Below, piece by piece: positions 39,782-50,022 of a stretch of 58,189 nt of DNA. Source of the stretch: Pseudomonadota bacterium (lineage in GTDB: Bacteria > Pseudomonadota > Gammaproteobacteria > Burkholderiales > Burkholderiaceae_E); the NCBI GenBank assembly GCA_023389175.1, contig JAEWEW010000070.1, positions 1 through 58,189 on the forward strand, given 5' to 3'. Position 1 is the first letter of the stretch. Every line of letters starts with the position of its first letter. The notes beneath the pieces are model-generated. The model worked only from the letters and a program-made list of their open reading frames with translations, did no database searches and had not been told where the DNA came from. The position numbers were made by a program, and so were the translations under genes.

Positions 39782-40150
39782 CTAGAAGCTCAAGGAGGCG
39801 GCGCCCCGCTTGAACCGCTCGTGAATGACGCTCGCACCGGCGATCTGCACGCCGTCGATGAAGTCCTCCTGCGTGTAGCCGCGCGACTTCACGCAGGGTG
39901 GGCAGGCGATGATCTCCCCGCCCCGCTTCATGAAGTCCTCCATCAGCGCCTTGAGCGGATCGAGCGGCGCGACCTGCGTCATGTCGACACTGCGCTTGCG
40001 TACCAGGTCGACCGCGGCACTGGTCAGGAAGGCGCAGACCTTCAGGCCTGCCGTGATGCCGCCACAGGCGATGGTGAAGGCGACCGACGACAGCTCGTGG
40101 TCTGCGCCGCGGGTCAGCAGGACGACCAGCTCGCGGGGTTCTTGGGCCAT
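39782..40150 (-). CDS. DsrE family protein
   Basis: LVVLLTRG, FLTSAAVDL and ACPPCVKSRG motifs; AAGGA RBS. Confidence 0.85.
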   Translation of the reverse strand: MAQEPRELVVLLTRGADHELSSVAFTIACGGITAGLKVCAFLTSAAVDLVRKRSVDMTQVAPLDPLKALMEDFMKRGGEIIACPPCVKSRGYTQEDFIDGVQIAGASVIHERFKRGAASLSF

Positions 40151-40271
40151 TGTGATGTCCTTGTCCGGTTGTTCTTGTCGGGACTCCATGGTGGCGCAAG
40201 GCCGATCGGCCGGGATTGCCCGGCCGTCCGGACTTGTTGACCTAAACTCCGACCTGCCCTGCGAGGTGGCC

Positions 40272-41264
40272 ATGGATGTCTTGTCGGACGCGATGCGCGC
40301 CATCCGGCTGGAGGGTGCCCTCTTCCTGAACGGCGAGCTGGGTGCCCCGTGGGGCGTGCATGTGCCGTCAGGGCCCGATATCGCCCGGATGCTGCGGCCC
40401 GGCGCGCGCCGCCTCGCCATCTGCCATCTGGTGCTCGAAGGACGCTGCTGGATCCAGATCGCCGGCGAGCCGCCGCTCTGCCTGCGTGCGGGCGAGGTGG
40501 TGACCCTGCCGCGCGGCGACGCGCACCTGCTCGGCAGCAACCTGCAGAACGCCGCGATCGACCTGGCCCATATGGTGGATCCGCGCGTGCCGGAGCTTTC
40601 CCGGCTGCGCTACGGCGGCGATGGCGAGCGCACCATCCTGGTGTGCGGCTGGTTCGCCTACGAGGGCGAGGTGCCGGACCCCCTCATCGCCAGCCTGCCG
40701 CCGCTCTTCACCACGGTGCTGCGCGGCCGGCCGGCAGGCGACTGGATCGAGCAATCCATGGACTTCGTGCTGTCCGAAGCGGCGGCCGGCACGCCGGCCT
40801 CCGAGCTGGTGGCATCGAAGGTGGCGGAAGTCCTGTTCGCCGAAGCCCTGCGCGGCCACCTGGAGTCGATGCCGTCCGGGCATCGCGGCTGGCTGGCGGG
40901 CCTGCGCGATCCGCTGGTGGGCAGGTGCCTCGCCCTCATGCATGGCGATCCCGCGCGCGGCTGGACGGTGGAATCGCTCGCCCAGGCGATCCACACCTCT
41001 CGCAGCGTTCTCGCCGAGCGCTTCGCAGAGCTGGTGGGTATGCCTCCGATGCAGTACTTGACCCGCTGGCGGATGGTGGTGGCCGCGGGCCGCCTGCGCG
41101 GCCGGCACGGCCCCCTTGCCCGGATCGCGCGCGACGTGGGCTACGACTCCGAGGCGGCCTTCAACCGCGCATTCAAGCGCGAGTTCGGCGTCGCTCCCGG
41201 GATGTGGCGGAGGCGTAACGGCGCGACGCCTGCCGATTCACAGCCGTCGCTCACCGCGCCGTGA
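40272..41264 (+). CDS. AraC family regulator with cupin_6 N-domain (RclR-like)
   Basis: MDVLSD, PWG, CHLVLEG, LVCG, WTVESLA and YLTRWRM..VGYDSEAAFNRAFKR motifs. Confidence 0.92.
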   Translation: MDVLSDAMRAIRLEGALFLNGELGAPWGVHVPSGPDIARMLRPGARRLAICHLVLEGRCWIQIAGEPPLCLRAGEVVTLPRGDAHLLGSNLQNAAIDLAHMVDPRVPELSRLRYGGDGERTILVCGWFAYEGEVPDPLIASLPPLFTTVLRGRPAGDWIEQSMDFVLSEAAAGTPASELVASKVAEVLFAEALRGHLESMPSGHRGWLAGLRDPLVGRCLALMHGDPARGWTVESLAQAIHTSRSVLAERFAELVGMPPMQYLTRWRMVVAAGRLRGRHGPLARIARDVGYDSEAAFNRAFKREFGVAPGMWRRRNGATPADSQPSLTAP

Positions 41265-41330
41265 TGCCGCCGGCCATCGGATGCGCGCCACCATTGGCTG
41301 TTCGTGATGGCGGCGGCCGACTGCCGCCGT

Positions 41331-41345
41331 GTCCGAGCGATGGAC
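41331..41345. promoter_or_regulatory. Putative IclR operator (GTCC-N7-GGAC)
   Basis: GTCCGAGCGATGGAC; its reverse complement matches the site at 42265 at 13/15 positions. Confidence 0.55.
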
Positions 41346-41412
41346 AGGCGGTGCGCTTTCTGGGCAGGATACCGGCCATGTCAATCGAGCCGATCCAGGG
41401 GTCGCTTCGCTC

Positions 41413-42231
41413 ATGAGCCGATCCACCGCGCCCACCGGCACACTGCATGACAAGGCCAGCGACGGCGTCCGGGCGGTGGAGCGAGCGCTGGATGTGCTGG
41501 CGGCGTTCTCGCCGGGCGATGGCGAGCTGCTGGTCGCCGACCTGGTCAAGCGGGTGGGCCTCAGCCGCCCGACCCTCTACCGCCTCCTGCACACCCTGGA
41601 GAAGAAGGGCTACGTCGCCTCATCCGGTGAGCCGCAGCGGTTCCGGCTGGGGCCCGCAGCCGCCCGCCTCGCGCATGCGTGGAGCAGCGGTCTCGACCTG
41701 CACGACCTCGCGAAGCCGGTGATGCTCGAGGCCTGGACCTTCACCGCCGAAACCGTGGCCCTCTACGTGCCCAGGGACGACATGCGGCTCTGCATCGCCG
41801 AGATGCAGAGCCCGCAGGCGCTCAGCTATCGTCGCGGCGTCGGCTACAGCGAGAAGCTGGTGAAGGGCGCAAGTGGCCGCGCCATCCTCGCCTACACTCC
41901 GCTCGCCCCGGGCCAGCTCGAGACCTTCGCCGCCGGCACCAATGCCGACCTGGGATGGCTGCGCGAACAGCTCCAGCTCACCCGCGAGCGGGGCTATGCA
42001 GTCGGACACAATGAGCTGATCCAGGGCGCCTATGCGGTCGCGGCGCCGTTCTTCGACGCGCGCGGCGACGTCGCCGGCTCGCTGGGCGTGTTCGGGCCGG
42101 ACGTGCGTCTCACCGAAGCACGGGCGCACGAGTTTGGCCGCTTCCTGCGCAGCCGGGTCGGGCGCATCACGGAAGCCCTGGGCGGGCAGCAGCCGCTACC
42201 CGGTGCCCCCGGAGACTCGCCGGCGCATTGA
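41413..42231 (+). CDS. IclR family regulator
   Basis: VRAVERALDVL..GLSRPTLYRLL and GASGRAIL..RERGYA..AVAAP motifs. Confidence 0.92.
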   Translation: MSRSTAPTGTLHDKASDGVRAVERALDVLAAFSPGDGELLVADLVKRVGLSRPTLYRLLHTLEKKGYVASSGEPQRFRLGPAAARLAHAWSSGLDLHDLAKPVMLEAWTFTAETVALYVPRDDMRLCIAEMQSPQALSYRRGVGYSEKLVKGASGRAILAYTPLAPGQLETFAAGTNADLGWLREQLQLTRERGYAVGHNELIQGAYAVAAPFFDARGDVAGSLGVFGPDVRLTEARAHEFGRFLRSRVGRITEALGGQQPLPGAPGDSPAH

Positions 42232-42279
42232 CCATCCGACAAGCGCCTCCCTACAATCGGTCAAGTCCATCACACGGAC
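42228..42279 (+). promoter_or_regulatory. Sigma70 promoter plus IclR-type operator for the Rieske operon
   Basis: TTGACC-18bp-TACAAT, then GTCCATCACACGGAC (42265-42279). Confidence 0.6.
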
Positions 42280-42304
42280 AGGCGACCACTCTACGGACAA
42301 GGCC

Positions 42305-43591
42305 ATGAAGGACATGATGAAGACCCTGGTGCATACCGGCCCGGGCACGACCACCGGCAACCTGCTGCGCCGCTACTGGGTGCCGATCCTGCTCTCCAGC
42401 GAGATCGCGGAGCCGGATGGTCCCCAGGTGCGCATTCAGATCATGGGCGAGAAGCTGCTCGCCTTCCGCGATTCGGAAGGACGGCCCGGGCTGATCAGCG
42501 AGTTCTGCTCGCACCGGGGCGCGTCGCTCTACTTCGGCCGCAACGAGGAAAACGGCATCCGCTGCGCCTACCACGGCCTCAAGTTCGACATCCGCGGCAA
42601 CTGCGTCGACGTGCCTCAGGCGCCGCAGGTCTGCGAGCGGATGGCGATCACCGGCTACCCGTGCATCGAGCGCGCCGGCATCGTGTGGGCCTACATGGGC
42701 CCGAAGGACACGCAGCCGGAGCCACCGGGCGTGGAGTGGGCCAATCTGCCCGACAGCCACGTGTTCGTGTCCAAGCGCCTGCAGGAGTGCAACTTCCTCC
42801 AGGCGATGGAAGGCGGCATCGACACCAGCCATGTCTCCTTCGTGCACCGGTTCGAGGTCGACAACGACCCGTTCCACCAGGGCACCAAGGCAAACGAGTA
42901 CATCAAGAAGGACGGCAACGTCGTCTTCGAAGTCGAGCGTCACGACGGCGGGCTCACGCTCTTCGGACGCCGCAAGGGCGAGCCGGACTCCTACTACTGG
43001 CGCGTCACCCAATGGATCTTCCCCTGGTACAACCTGATTCCGCCGTTCGGCGATCACGCGCTGGGCGGGCACGTCTGGGTGCCGATCGACGACCACAACT
43101 GCTGGGCCTGGAGCATGAACTTCCGGGTGAACGAGCCGCTCTCGGCCGAGGAGCGGCGCCACCTCGAGGAAGGTCGGGGGGTGCACTGCGAGTACGAGCC
43201 GGGCACCAATGTCCCGGGGGGGAGCTGGCGTCCCAAGGCGAACAAGGACAACGACTACCTGATCGACCGGCAGGCCCAGAAGGAGCGCCGCAGCTTCAGC
43301 GGTGTCATGGGCTTCGCTGCGCAGGATGCGTCGCTGCAGGAAAGCATGGGCCCGATCCAGAACCACGAGATCGAGAAGCTGCTGCCGTCGGACCGCGCGA
43401 TCGCGATGGCCCGCCGGATGCTCTTCGAGGCGGCCACCGGGCTCGAGGAAGGCCGTGAACCGCCGGCGCTCGCCTCGCGATCGCAGCGCGTGCGCGCCGC
43501 CGGCGTGCTGCTGCCGCTCGCTCAGAAGCCGCAGGAATGGGCGCAGACCCACCTCGTCTACGGTGAGGACCAGCCGGTGTACTCGCTGTGA
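42305..43591 (+). CDS. Rieske oxygenase alpha subunit (phthalate 4,5-dioxygenase-like)
   Basis: CSHRG...CAYHG, EGGIDTSHVSFVH and QDASLQESMG motifs. Confidence 0.92.
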   Translation: MKDMMKTLVHTGPGTTTGNLLRRYWVPILLSSEIAEPDGPQVRIQIMGEKLLAFRDSEGRPGLISEFCSHRGASLYFGRNEENGIRCAYHGLKFDIRGNCVDVPQAPQVCERMAITGYPCIERAGIVWAYMGPKDTQPEPPGVEWANLPDSHVFVSKRLQECNFLQAMEGGIDTSHVSFVHRFEVDNDPFHQGTKANEYIKKDGNVVFEVERHDGGLTLFGRRKGEPDSYYWRVTQWIFPWYNLIPPFGDHALGGHVWVPIDDHNCWAWSMNFRVNEPLSAEERRHLEEGRGVHCEYEPGTNVPGGSWRPKANKDNDYLIDRQAQKERRSFSGVMGFAAQDASLQESMGPIQNHEIEKLLPSDRAIAMARRMLFEAATGLEEGREPPALASRSQRVRAAGVLLPLAQKPQEWAQTHLVYGEDQPVYSL

Positions 43592-44364
43592 CGCAGCGCC
43601 TGCAGGGCAAGGTTGCCCTGATCACCGGGGGCGGCGGCGGGATCGGCGCCGCGACCGCACGGCTGTTCTGCGCAGAAGGCGCGCGCGTGCTGCTGGTCGA
43701 CATGGACCCGGCGGCGCTGGAACGCACCGCCTCGGCGATCGCCGAGGCCACGCCGGGCGCCCCGGTGCAGGTTTTCGGCGGCGACGTGGCGGCCGCCGCC
43801 ACCGCCGTGCAGGCGGCGGCGCAGTGCCGCGAGGCCTTCGGCCGCCTCGACGTGCTGGTCAACAACGCGGCGATGCGCAATTACTCTGCCTTCGCGGACG
43901 CGACGCCGGAGGAGTGGGAGGCGGTGGTGGGCGTGAACATGATCGGGAATGCCAACTTCTGCCGCGCGGCCCTGCCCGCCCTGCGGCAATCCGGCAAGGG
44001 CGCTATCGTCAACGTCTCGTCGTGCTACGCCGTCAAGGGCCGCAAGGGCATGGCCCTCTACGACGCCACCAAGGCGGCGATGATCGCCATGACCCGCACG
44101 CTCGCGTTCGAGGAATCGCAGCACGGCATCCGCGCGAACGTGGTGTGCCCCGGCTCCACGCTGACGGACTTCCACGTGAACCGCACGCTGGCTGCCGGCA
44201 AGAGCGTCGAGGAGCTGAAGGGCCAGCGCCAGGACACCTCGCTGCTCGGACGGTGGGCCGACCCGATGGAGATCGCCTACCCCATCCTCTGGCTGGCTTC
44301 GGACGAAGCGTCGTTCATCACCGGCACCACGCTGGTGGTCGACGGCGGCCTGCACGTCAAGTAG
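43588..44364 (+). CDS. SDR family oxidoreductase
   Basis: TGGGGGIG, NNAA and YDATK motifs. Confidence 0.92.
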   Translation: MTQRLQGKVALITGGGGGIGAATARLFCAEGARVLLVDMDPAALERTASAIAEATPGAPVQVFGGDVAAAATAVQAAAQCREAFGRLDVLVNNAAMRNYSAFADATPEEWEAVVGVNMIGNANFCRAALPALRQSGKGAIVNVSSCYAVKGRKGMALYDATKAAMIAMTRTLAFEESQHGIRANVVCPGSTLTDFHVNRTLAAGKSVEELKGQRQDTSLLGRWADPMEIAYPILWLASDEASFITGTTLVVDGGLHVK

Positions 44365-44383
44365 CTGCGAACCGGATCACGCG

Positions 44384-45334
44384 ATGATCGTCGAAAGCGA
44401 TGCAGACCTGACCCGGGCGGTGCTCGACGAAGTCGCGCGCACCCCGGATCCGCGGCTGCGCGGCATCCTTGCCGCCGCGGTCCGGCACCTGCACGACTTC
44501 GTGCGCGAGGCGGAGCTGACCGAGGCGGAATTCCGCCAGGTCTGCGGCCTGATCGCGAGGGCCGGGCAGCTCACCACGCCCTCGCACAACGAGGTGGTGC
44601 TCGCGGCCGGCTCGCTGGGCGTATCCGCGCTCGTCTGCCTGCTCAACAATGGCGGCGGCGGCCGGCGCGCCACTACCGCGAACCTCATGGGCCCGTTCTG
44701 GCGCGCGGGCGCTCCGCAAGTGCCCCAGGGTGGCTCCATCGTGCGTTCGCCCACGCCGGGCGAGCCGGTCTTCGTCACCGCCTGGATCGAGGACGAGAAC
44801 GGGGCGCCGGTCACCGAGGCGGACGTCGACGTCTGGCAGGCCTCGGGCGAGGGGTACTACGAGAACCAGGATCCGCAGCAGGCCGACATGAACCTGCGCG
44901 GGCGCTTCCGTAGCGACGAGAAGGGGTGCGTGCGATTCCGCACCGTCAAGCCGTCCGGCTATCCGATTCCGGTGAGCGGTCCGGTCGGCGCGCTGATCCG
45001 CGCGCAGGGGCGCCACAACCTGCGTCCGGCCCACATCCATTTCCTGATCCACAAGCCGGGCTTCAAGACGCAGTTCTCGCAGCTCTACTCGCACGACGAC
45101 CCGCATCTCGAGACCGACGTCCAGTTCGGCGTGACGCGCAACCTGGTGGGGCGCTACGTGCCGCACGACGACGAGCCGGCGCCGCAGGGCGACGTGGCCG
45201 GCCGCTGGTATTCGCTCGAGCACCGCTTCGTGATCGAGCGCGGCGACGATGCCCTGCCTCCGCCGCCGATCACCGGAAAGGCGGACGGCGAGCGCCCGCC
45301 GCTGGTGGTGCTGCCAGCGCGGCCAGGGCCCTGA
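44384..45334 (+). CDS. Intradiol ring-cleavage dioxygenase (catechol/hydroxyquinol 1,2-dioxygenase-like)
   Basis: GPFW, VWQA..GYY, YPIP and RPAHIHF iron ligands. Confidence 0.9.
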   Translation: MIVESDADLTRAVLDEVARTPDPRLRGILAAAVRHLHDFVREAELTEAEFRQVCGLIARAGQLTTPSHNEVVLAAGSLGVSALVCLLNNGGGGRRATTANLMGPFWRAGAPQVPQGGSIVRSPTPGEPVFVTAWIEDENGAPVTEADVDVWQASGEGYYENQDPQQADMNLRGRFRSDEKGCVRFRTVKPSGYPIPVSGPVGALIRAQGRHNLRPAHIHFLIHKPGFKTQFSQLYSHDDPHLETDVQFGVTRNLVGRYVPHDDEPAPQGDVAGRWYSLEHRFVIERGDDALPPPPITGKADGERPPLVVLPARPGP

Positions 45335-45533
45335 GCTCCACGCAAGGGGCGTGAATCGGGACGGCGCGGCCGCCTGGAAGGCTTGCCCGGCCGACTTATC
45401 TGCATACAATGAACGACGCGCCAGCCGTCGGATGGGTGCCGCACGCTTGGTCACCGGCTGATCGCGCGTCGAGGGGTCGAGAACGCTGCGGGCAGATTCG
45501 CAGCCGAACGATGAACATCGAGGAGACGAGCCG

Positions 45534-47123
45534 ATGAGAACGCTGCTTCATGCCGCCACCGCTTCGGCCGTGGCAGGCCTTCTGGCCCTGAGTGCGTTGC
45601 CCGGGATCGCGAGTGCCCAGCAGAAGGTGCTCAAGTTCATTCCACAGGCCGACCTGCGGATCCTCGATCCGATCGCGACCACTGCCTACATCACGCGCAA
45701 CCATGGCTACATGGTGTACGACACCCTGCTGGCAATGGATGAGAACTTCAAGGTCCAGCCCCAGATGCTGGACAAATGGGAGATCTCGTCCGACGGCCTC
45801 AGCTACACCTTCACCCTGCGCGACGGGCTCAAGTTCCACGATGGACAGCCGGTGCGCCCCGCGGATTGCATCGCGTCCATCGAGCGCTGGGCCAAGCGCG
45901 ACGCGCTCGGCCAGAAGCTCGCGGAGGCGACGGACTCCTGGAGCGCGACCGGCGACAAGACCTTCACGCTCAAGCTCAAGAAGGCCTTCCCGCTGACGCT
46001 GGAGGCACTGGCCAAGCCGTCCTCCAACGTGCCCTTCATCATGCCCGAGCGGATCGCCAGGACCGATGCCTTCAAGAACATCGAGGACGCCACCGGCTCG
46101 GGGCCGTTCAAGTTCGTCAAGGACGAGTGGGTGCCCGGCAACAAGGTGGTGTATGTCAAGAACGCGGACTACGTGCCGCGCAAGGAGCCGCCTTCCTGGG
46201 CGTCCGGCGGCAAGGTGGTGAAGGTTGACCGGGTGGAATGGATCTACATCCCGGACTCGGCCACGGCGGCGGCCGCCCTCAACGCCGGCGAGGCCGACTG
46301 GTGGGAGCAGATGCCGCCGGACCTGATCCCGCTGCTTGCGAGAAACAAGGACATCACGGTCAAGAACATCGATCCCCTCGGCTCGATGGGCATGATCCGC
46401 TTCAATTTCCTCTATCCGCCGTTCGACAATCCCAAGATGCGCCAGGCCCTGCTCTATGTGGTGAACCAGCAGGAGTACGTGATCGGCATCGCGGGCGACC
46501 CGAAGAACGGCAAGCCCTGCTATTCGTACTACACCTGCGGGACGCCGCTCGCATCGGAGATCGGCGCCGAGCCGCTCAAGGGCCCGCGCAATTTCGAGAA
46601 GGCGAAGGCGCTGATCAAGGAGGCCGGCTACAAGGGCGAGAAGGTCGTCATCATCAACGCGACCGACCAGCCGATCGTGCATTCCCAGTCGCTGCAGACC
46701 CTGGAGGTCCTGAAGAAGCTCGGGGTCAACGCGGAGATCCAGTCGGGCGACTGGGGTACGCTGATCACGCGGCGCGCCGTCCGGGAGCCGATCGACAAGG
46801 GCGGCTGGTCGATCTTCCACACCTGGCTGGTGGGACCCGACATGGTCAATCCCGCCGTGAACTTCCCGATCCGCGGCACCGGCAAGGCGGCCTGGTTCGG
46901 CTGGCCGACGGATGAGAAGATGGAGGAGCTGCGGGAGGCCTGGTTCAACGCGAAGACCCCGGAGGAATCCAAGCGCGCGGCGGACGCGGTGCAGCAACGG
47001 GCCTTCGAGTTCGTGCCGATCATTCCGACCGGACAGTTCATCCTGCCGACCGCCTTCCGCTCCAACATCTCCGGCGTGATCATCGCGCCGATCTCGCTGC
47101 TGTGGAACGTGGAGAAGAAGTAG
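45534..47123 (+). CDS. Peptide/nickel-type ABC transporter substrate-binding protein (family 5)
   Basis: Signal peptide; LDP..VYDTL, YTFTLRDGLKFHDG and GSGPFKF motifs. Confidence 0.93.
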   Translation: MRTLLHAATASAVAGLLALSALPGIASAQQKVLKFIPQADLRILDPIATTAYITRNHGYMVYDTLLAMDENFKVQPQMLDKWEISSDGLSYTFTLRDGLKFHDGQPVRPADCIASIERWAKRDALGQKLAEATDSWSATGDKTFTLKLKKAFPLTLEALAKPSSNVPFIMPERIARTDAFKNIEDATGSGPFKFVKDEWVPGNKVVYVKNADYVPRKEPPSWASGGKVVKVDRVEWIYIPDSATAAAALNAGEADWWEQMPPDLIPLLARNKDITVKNIDPLGSMGMIRFNFLYPPFDNPKMRQALLYVVNQQEYVIGIAGDPKNGKPCYSYYTCGTPLASEIGAEPLKGPRNFEKAKALIKEAGYKGEKVVIINATDQPIVHSQSLQTLEVLKKLGVNAEIQSGDWGTLITRRAVREPIDKGGWSIFHTWLVGPDMVNPAVNFPIRGTGKAAWFGWPTDEKMEELREAWFNAKTPEESKRAADAVQQRAFEFVPIIPTGQFILPTAFRSNISGVIIAPISLLWNVEKK

Positions 47124-47148
47124 CGCGCATGGCAAGGAAGATCGCCCG

Positions 47149-48090
47149 GTGCTCGCCTATGTGATCCGGCGGCTGTTCTCCACCGTCATCGTGATGGCGG
47201 TGGTCGCCTTCGTGGTGTTCCTCCTGTTGTACCTGACCCCGGGCGATCCGGCGGCCATCCTCGCCGGCGACGCCGCCACGGTGGACGAGATCCGCCGCGT
47301 GCGCGAGACGCTGGGGCTGGACCGGCCCTTCCTCATCCGGTTCGGCGAATGGGCCGGCGCGCTGCTGCGCGGCGACCTCGGCACGTCGATCTTCACCAAC
47401 CTGCCGGTCACCCGCCTGATCGGGCAGCGCATCGAGCCCACCCTGGCGCTGACGCTCTGCACGCTGCTGGTTGCCGTCCTGGTCGCCGTGCCGATGGGCG
47501 TGGTCGCGGCCGCCAAGGCCGGCACGTGGATGGATCGGGCGGTGATGGCTTTCACCGTGCTCGGCTTCTCCGTTCCCGTGTTCGTGCTGGCCTACATCCT
47601 CATCATGGTGTTCTCCATCGAGCTGGACTGGCTGCCGGTGCAGGGATACCGCCCGATCAGCGAAGGATTGTGGCAGTGGGCGCGCCACCTGGTGCTGCCG
47701 AGCCTTGCCCTGGGCACCGTGTACATCGCCCTGATCGCGCGCATCACCCGGGCCAGCATGCTGGACGTGCTGGCGCAGGACTACATCCGGACCGCCCAGG
47801 CCAAGGGGCTGTCGCCGGACGCGGTGCTGGTGGGGCATGCGCTGAAGAACGCTGCGGTGCCGATCATGACGGTGATCGGCATCGGCATCGCATTGCTGAT
47901 CGGCGGCGCCATCGTCACGGAGACCGTGTTCGCCATTCCCGGTATCGGCCGTCTCACCGTCGATGCGATCCTGCGCCGCGACTATCCGATCATCCAGGGA
48001 GTCATCCTGATCTTCTCAGGCGCCTATGTGCTGATCAACCTCGCCGTGGACCTGAGCTACATGTTCTTCGATCCGCGCATCCGCATCTGA
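47149..48090 (+). CDS. ABC transporter permease (DppB-like)
   Basis: PGDPA, GDLGTS and DYIRTAQAKGL..HALKNA..ETVFAIPGIG motifs. Confidence 0.92.
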   Translation: MLAYVIRRLFSTVIVMAVVAFVVFLLLYLTPGDPAAILAGDAATVDEIRRVRETLGLDRPFLIRFGEWAGALLRGDLGTSIFTNLPVTRLIGQRIEPTLALTLCTLLVAVLVAVPMGVVAAAKAGTWMDRAVMAFTVLGFSVPVFVLAYILIMVFSIELDWLPVQGYRPISEGLWQWARHLVLPSLALGTVYIALIARITRASMLDVLAQDYIRTAQAKGLSPDAVLVGHALKNAAVPIMTVIGIGIALLIGGAIVTETVFAIPGIGRLTVDAILRRDYPIIQGVILIFSGAYVLINLAVDLSYMFFDPRIRI

Positions 48091-48094
48091 CCCG

Positions 48095-48976
48095 ATGAGC
48101 TCCGTCGCACTGCCGCCCACCGCCGCTTCGGTGTCGCCGACCACCCGGCGGTTCAAGGATGCGTTCCGGCGCCACCCGACGGCGCTCGTCGGCGGCGCCG
48201 TGCTGCTCGTGATGATCCTGATCGCGGTGTTCGCTCCGTGGCTCGGCACCGTCGACCCGCAGGCGGTTTCGCCGATACGGCGACTCAAGCCGCCCTCCGC
48301 GGAGTTCTGGTTCGGCAGCGACATGCTGGGGCGGGACGTCTACAGCCGCGTCGTCTACGGGGCGCGCGTGTCGCTGGTCGTCGGCCTCTCGGTGGCCGTG
48401 CTCAGCATCCTGATCGGGCTCGCCCTGGGGCTGGTGACCGGCTTCGTCCGCTGGGTCGACGCCATCCTGATGCGGATCATGGACGGGCTGATGTCCATCC
48501 CGCCGGTGCTGCTGGCGATCGCCCTGATGGCCCTGACCCGGGCCAGCATCGAGAACGTCATCATCGCCATCACCCTCGCCGAGGTCCCCCGGGTGGTTCG
48601 GCTGGTGCGCAGCCTGGTGCTGGCACTGCGCGAGGAACCGTACGTGGAAGCGGCGATCGCCGCCGGCACCAGCCTGTGGCGCGTCCTGCTGCGTCACATC
48701 CTGCCCAATACGATCGCCCCGCTGCTGGTGCAGGGAACCTTCGTCTGCGCATCGGCGATGATCACAGAGGCGATCCTGTCCTTCATCGGTGCCGGCACGC
48801 CGCCCAACATCCCAAGCTGGGGCAACATCATGGCCGAAGCGCGAAGCCTCTTCCAGATCGCCGGCTATCTGCTGCTGTTCCCGGGAATCTGCCTCTCGTT
48901 GACGGTGCTCGCGGTGAACATGCTCGGCGACGGCATGCGCGATGCGCTGGACCCTCGTCTCGCCCGGCGGATGTGA
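48095..48976 (+). CDS. ABC transporter permease (DppC-like)
   Basis: [27 protein letters not shown] and [10 protein letters not shown] motifs. Confidence 0.92.
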   Translation: MSSVALPPTAASVSPTTRRFKDAFRRHPTALVGGAVLLVMILIAVFAPWLGTVDPQAVSPIRRLKPPSAEFWFGSDMLGRDVYSRVVYGARVSLVVGLSVAVLSILIGLALGLVTGFVRWVDAILMRIMDGLMSIPPVLLAIALMALTRASIENVIIAITLAEVPRVVRLVRSLVLALREEPYVEAAIAAGTSLWRVLLRHILPNTIAPLLVQGTFVCASAMITEAILSFIGAGTPPNIPSWGNIMAEARSLFQIAGYLLLFPGICLSLTVLAVNMLGDGMRDALDPRLARRM

Positions 48977-50022
48977 TGCAGGCTGCGATCGCGCAGGCGA
49001 AGCCGGATGCGCTGCCGGCCACCGGGCGCCCGCTGCTCGAGGTCGACGGCCTGAGGACCCACTTCTTCACCCGCGACGGGGTGGTGCGGGCGGTCGACGG
49101 TGTGTCCTTCGCGGTCAACCCGGGAGAGACGCTGGCGCTGGTGGGCGAATCCGGCTGCGGCAAGAGCGTGACCTCGCTTTCCATCCTGCGGCTGATCGCG
49201 TCTCCGCCCGGTCGCATCGTGTCGGGAAGCCTGCGTTTCGCCGGCCGCGACCTGTTGTCGCTGTCCGAAGCCGAGATGCGGACGATCCGCGGCAACGAGA
49301 TCGCGATGATCTTCCAGGAACCGATGACCTCGCTCAATCCGGTGCTCACCATCGGGCGTCAGATCGCGGAGACGCTGAGGCTGCACCGGGGGCTGTCCCG
49401 CGCGGCGGCGCTGGAGCGGGCGGTCGCGATGCTCAAGCTGGTCAACATGCCCGAGGCGGAGCGGCGGGTGACGCAGTACCCGCACCAGATCTCCGGGGGC
49501 ATGCGCCAGCGGGTGATGATCGCAATGGCGCTTGCCTGCGACCCGAGGTTGCTGATCGCGGACGAGCCGACCACCGCGCTCGATGTGACCATCCAGGCGC
49601 AGATCCTCGACCTGATGCGCAAGCTGAAGGAGAGGACCGGCTCGGCCATCGTGCTGATCACCCATGACCTCGGCGTCGTGGCGGAGATGGCGCAACGCGT
49701 GGTCGTCATGTATGCCGGACGCAAGGTGGAGGAGGCACCGGTGGCCGAGCTGTTCGCCACGCCGCGCCACCCGTACACCCAGGGGCTGCTCCACTCGATT
49801 CCGCACCTCGGCGCCTCCCGGGGGGCGCGTCCGAGGCGGCTGAGCGAGATACCCGGCCTGGTCCCCTCGCTGCGCGAGGCGATCGACGGCTGCATCTTCG
49901 CGCCGCGCTGCGCCTACGCCACCGACCGCTGCCGCCGCGAGTATCCGCCTCTGGAGCAGAAATCCGCCGGCCACGTCGTCGCGTGCTGGGAATCGGACGC
50001 CGTCGCGGCGCGCGCCCGATGA
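48976..50022 (+). CDS. ABC transporter ATP-binding protein (DppD-like)
   Basis: [15 protein letters not shown] and [10 protein letters not shown] motifs; C-terminal Cys cluster. Confidence 0.93.
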   Translation: MQAAIAQAKPDALPATGRPLLEVDGLRTHFFTRDGVVRAVDGVSFAVNPGETLALVGESGCGKSVTSLSILRLIASPPGRIVSGSLRFAGRDLLSLSEAEMRTIRGNEIAMIFQEPMTSLNPVLTIGRQIAETLRLHRGLSRAAALERAVAMLKLVNMPEAERRVTQYPHQISGGMRQRVMIAMALACDPRLLIADEPTTALDVTIQAQILDLMRKLKERTGSAIVLITHDLGVVAEMAQRVVVMYAGRKVEEAPVAELFATPRHPYTQGLLHSIPHLGASRGARPRRLSEIPGLVPSLREAIDGCIFAPRCAYATDRCRREYPPLEQKSAGHVVACWESDAVAARAR

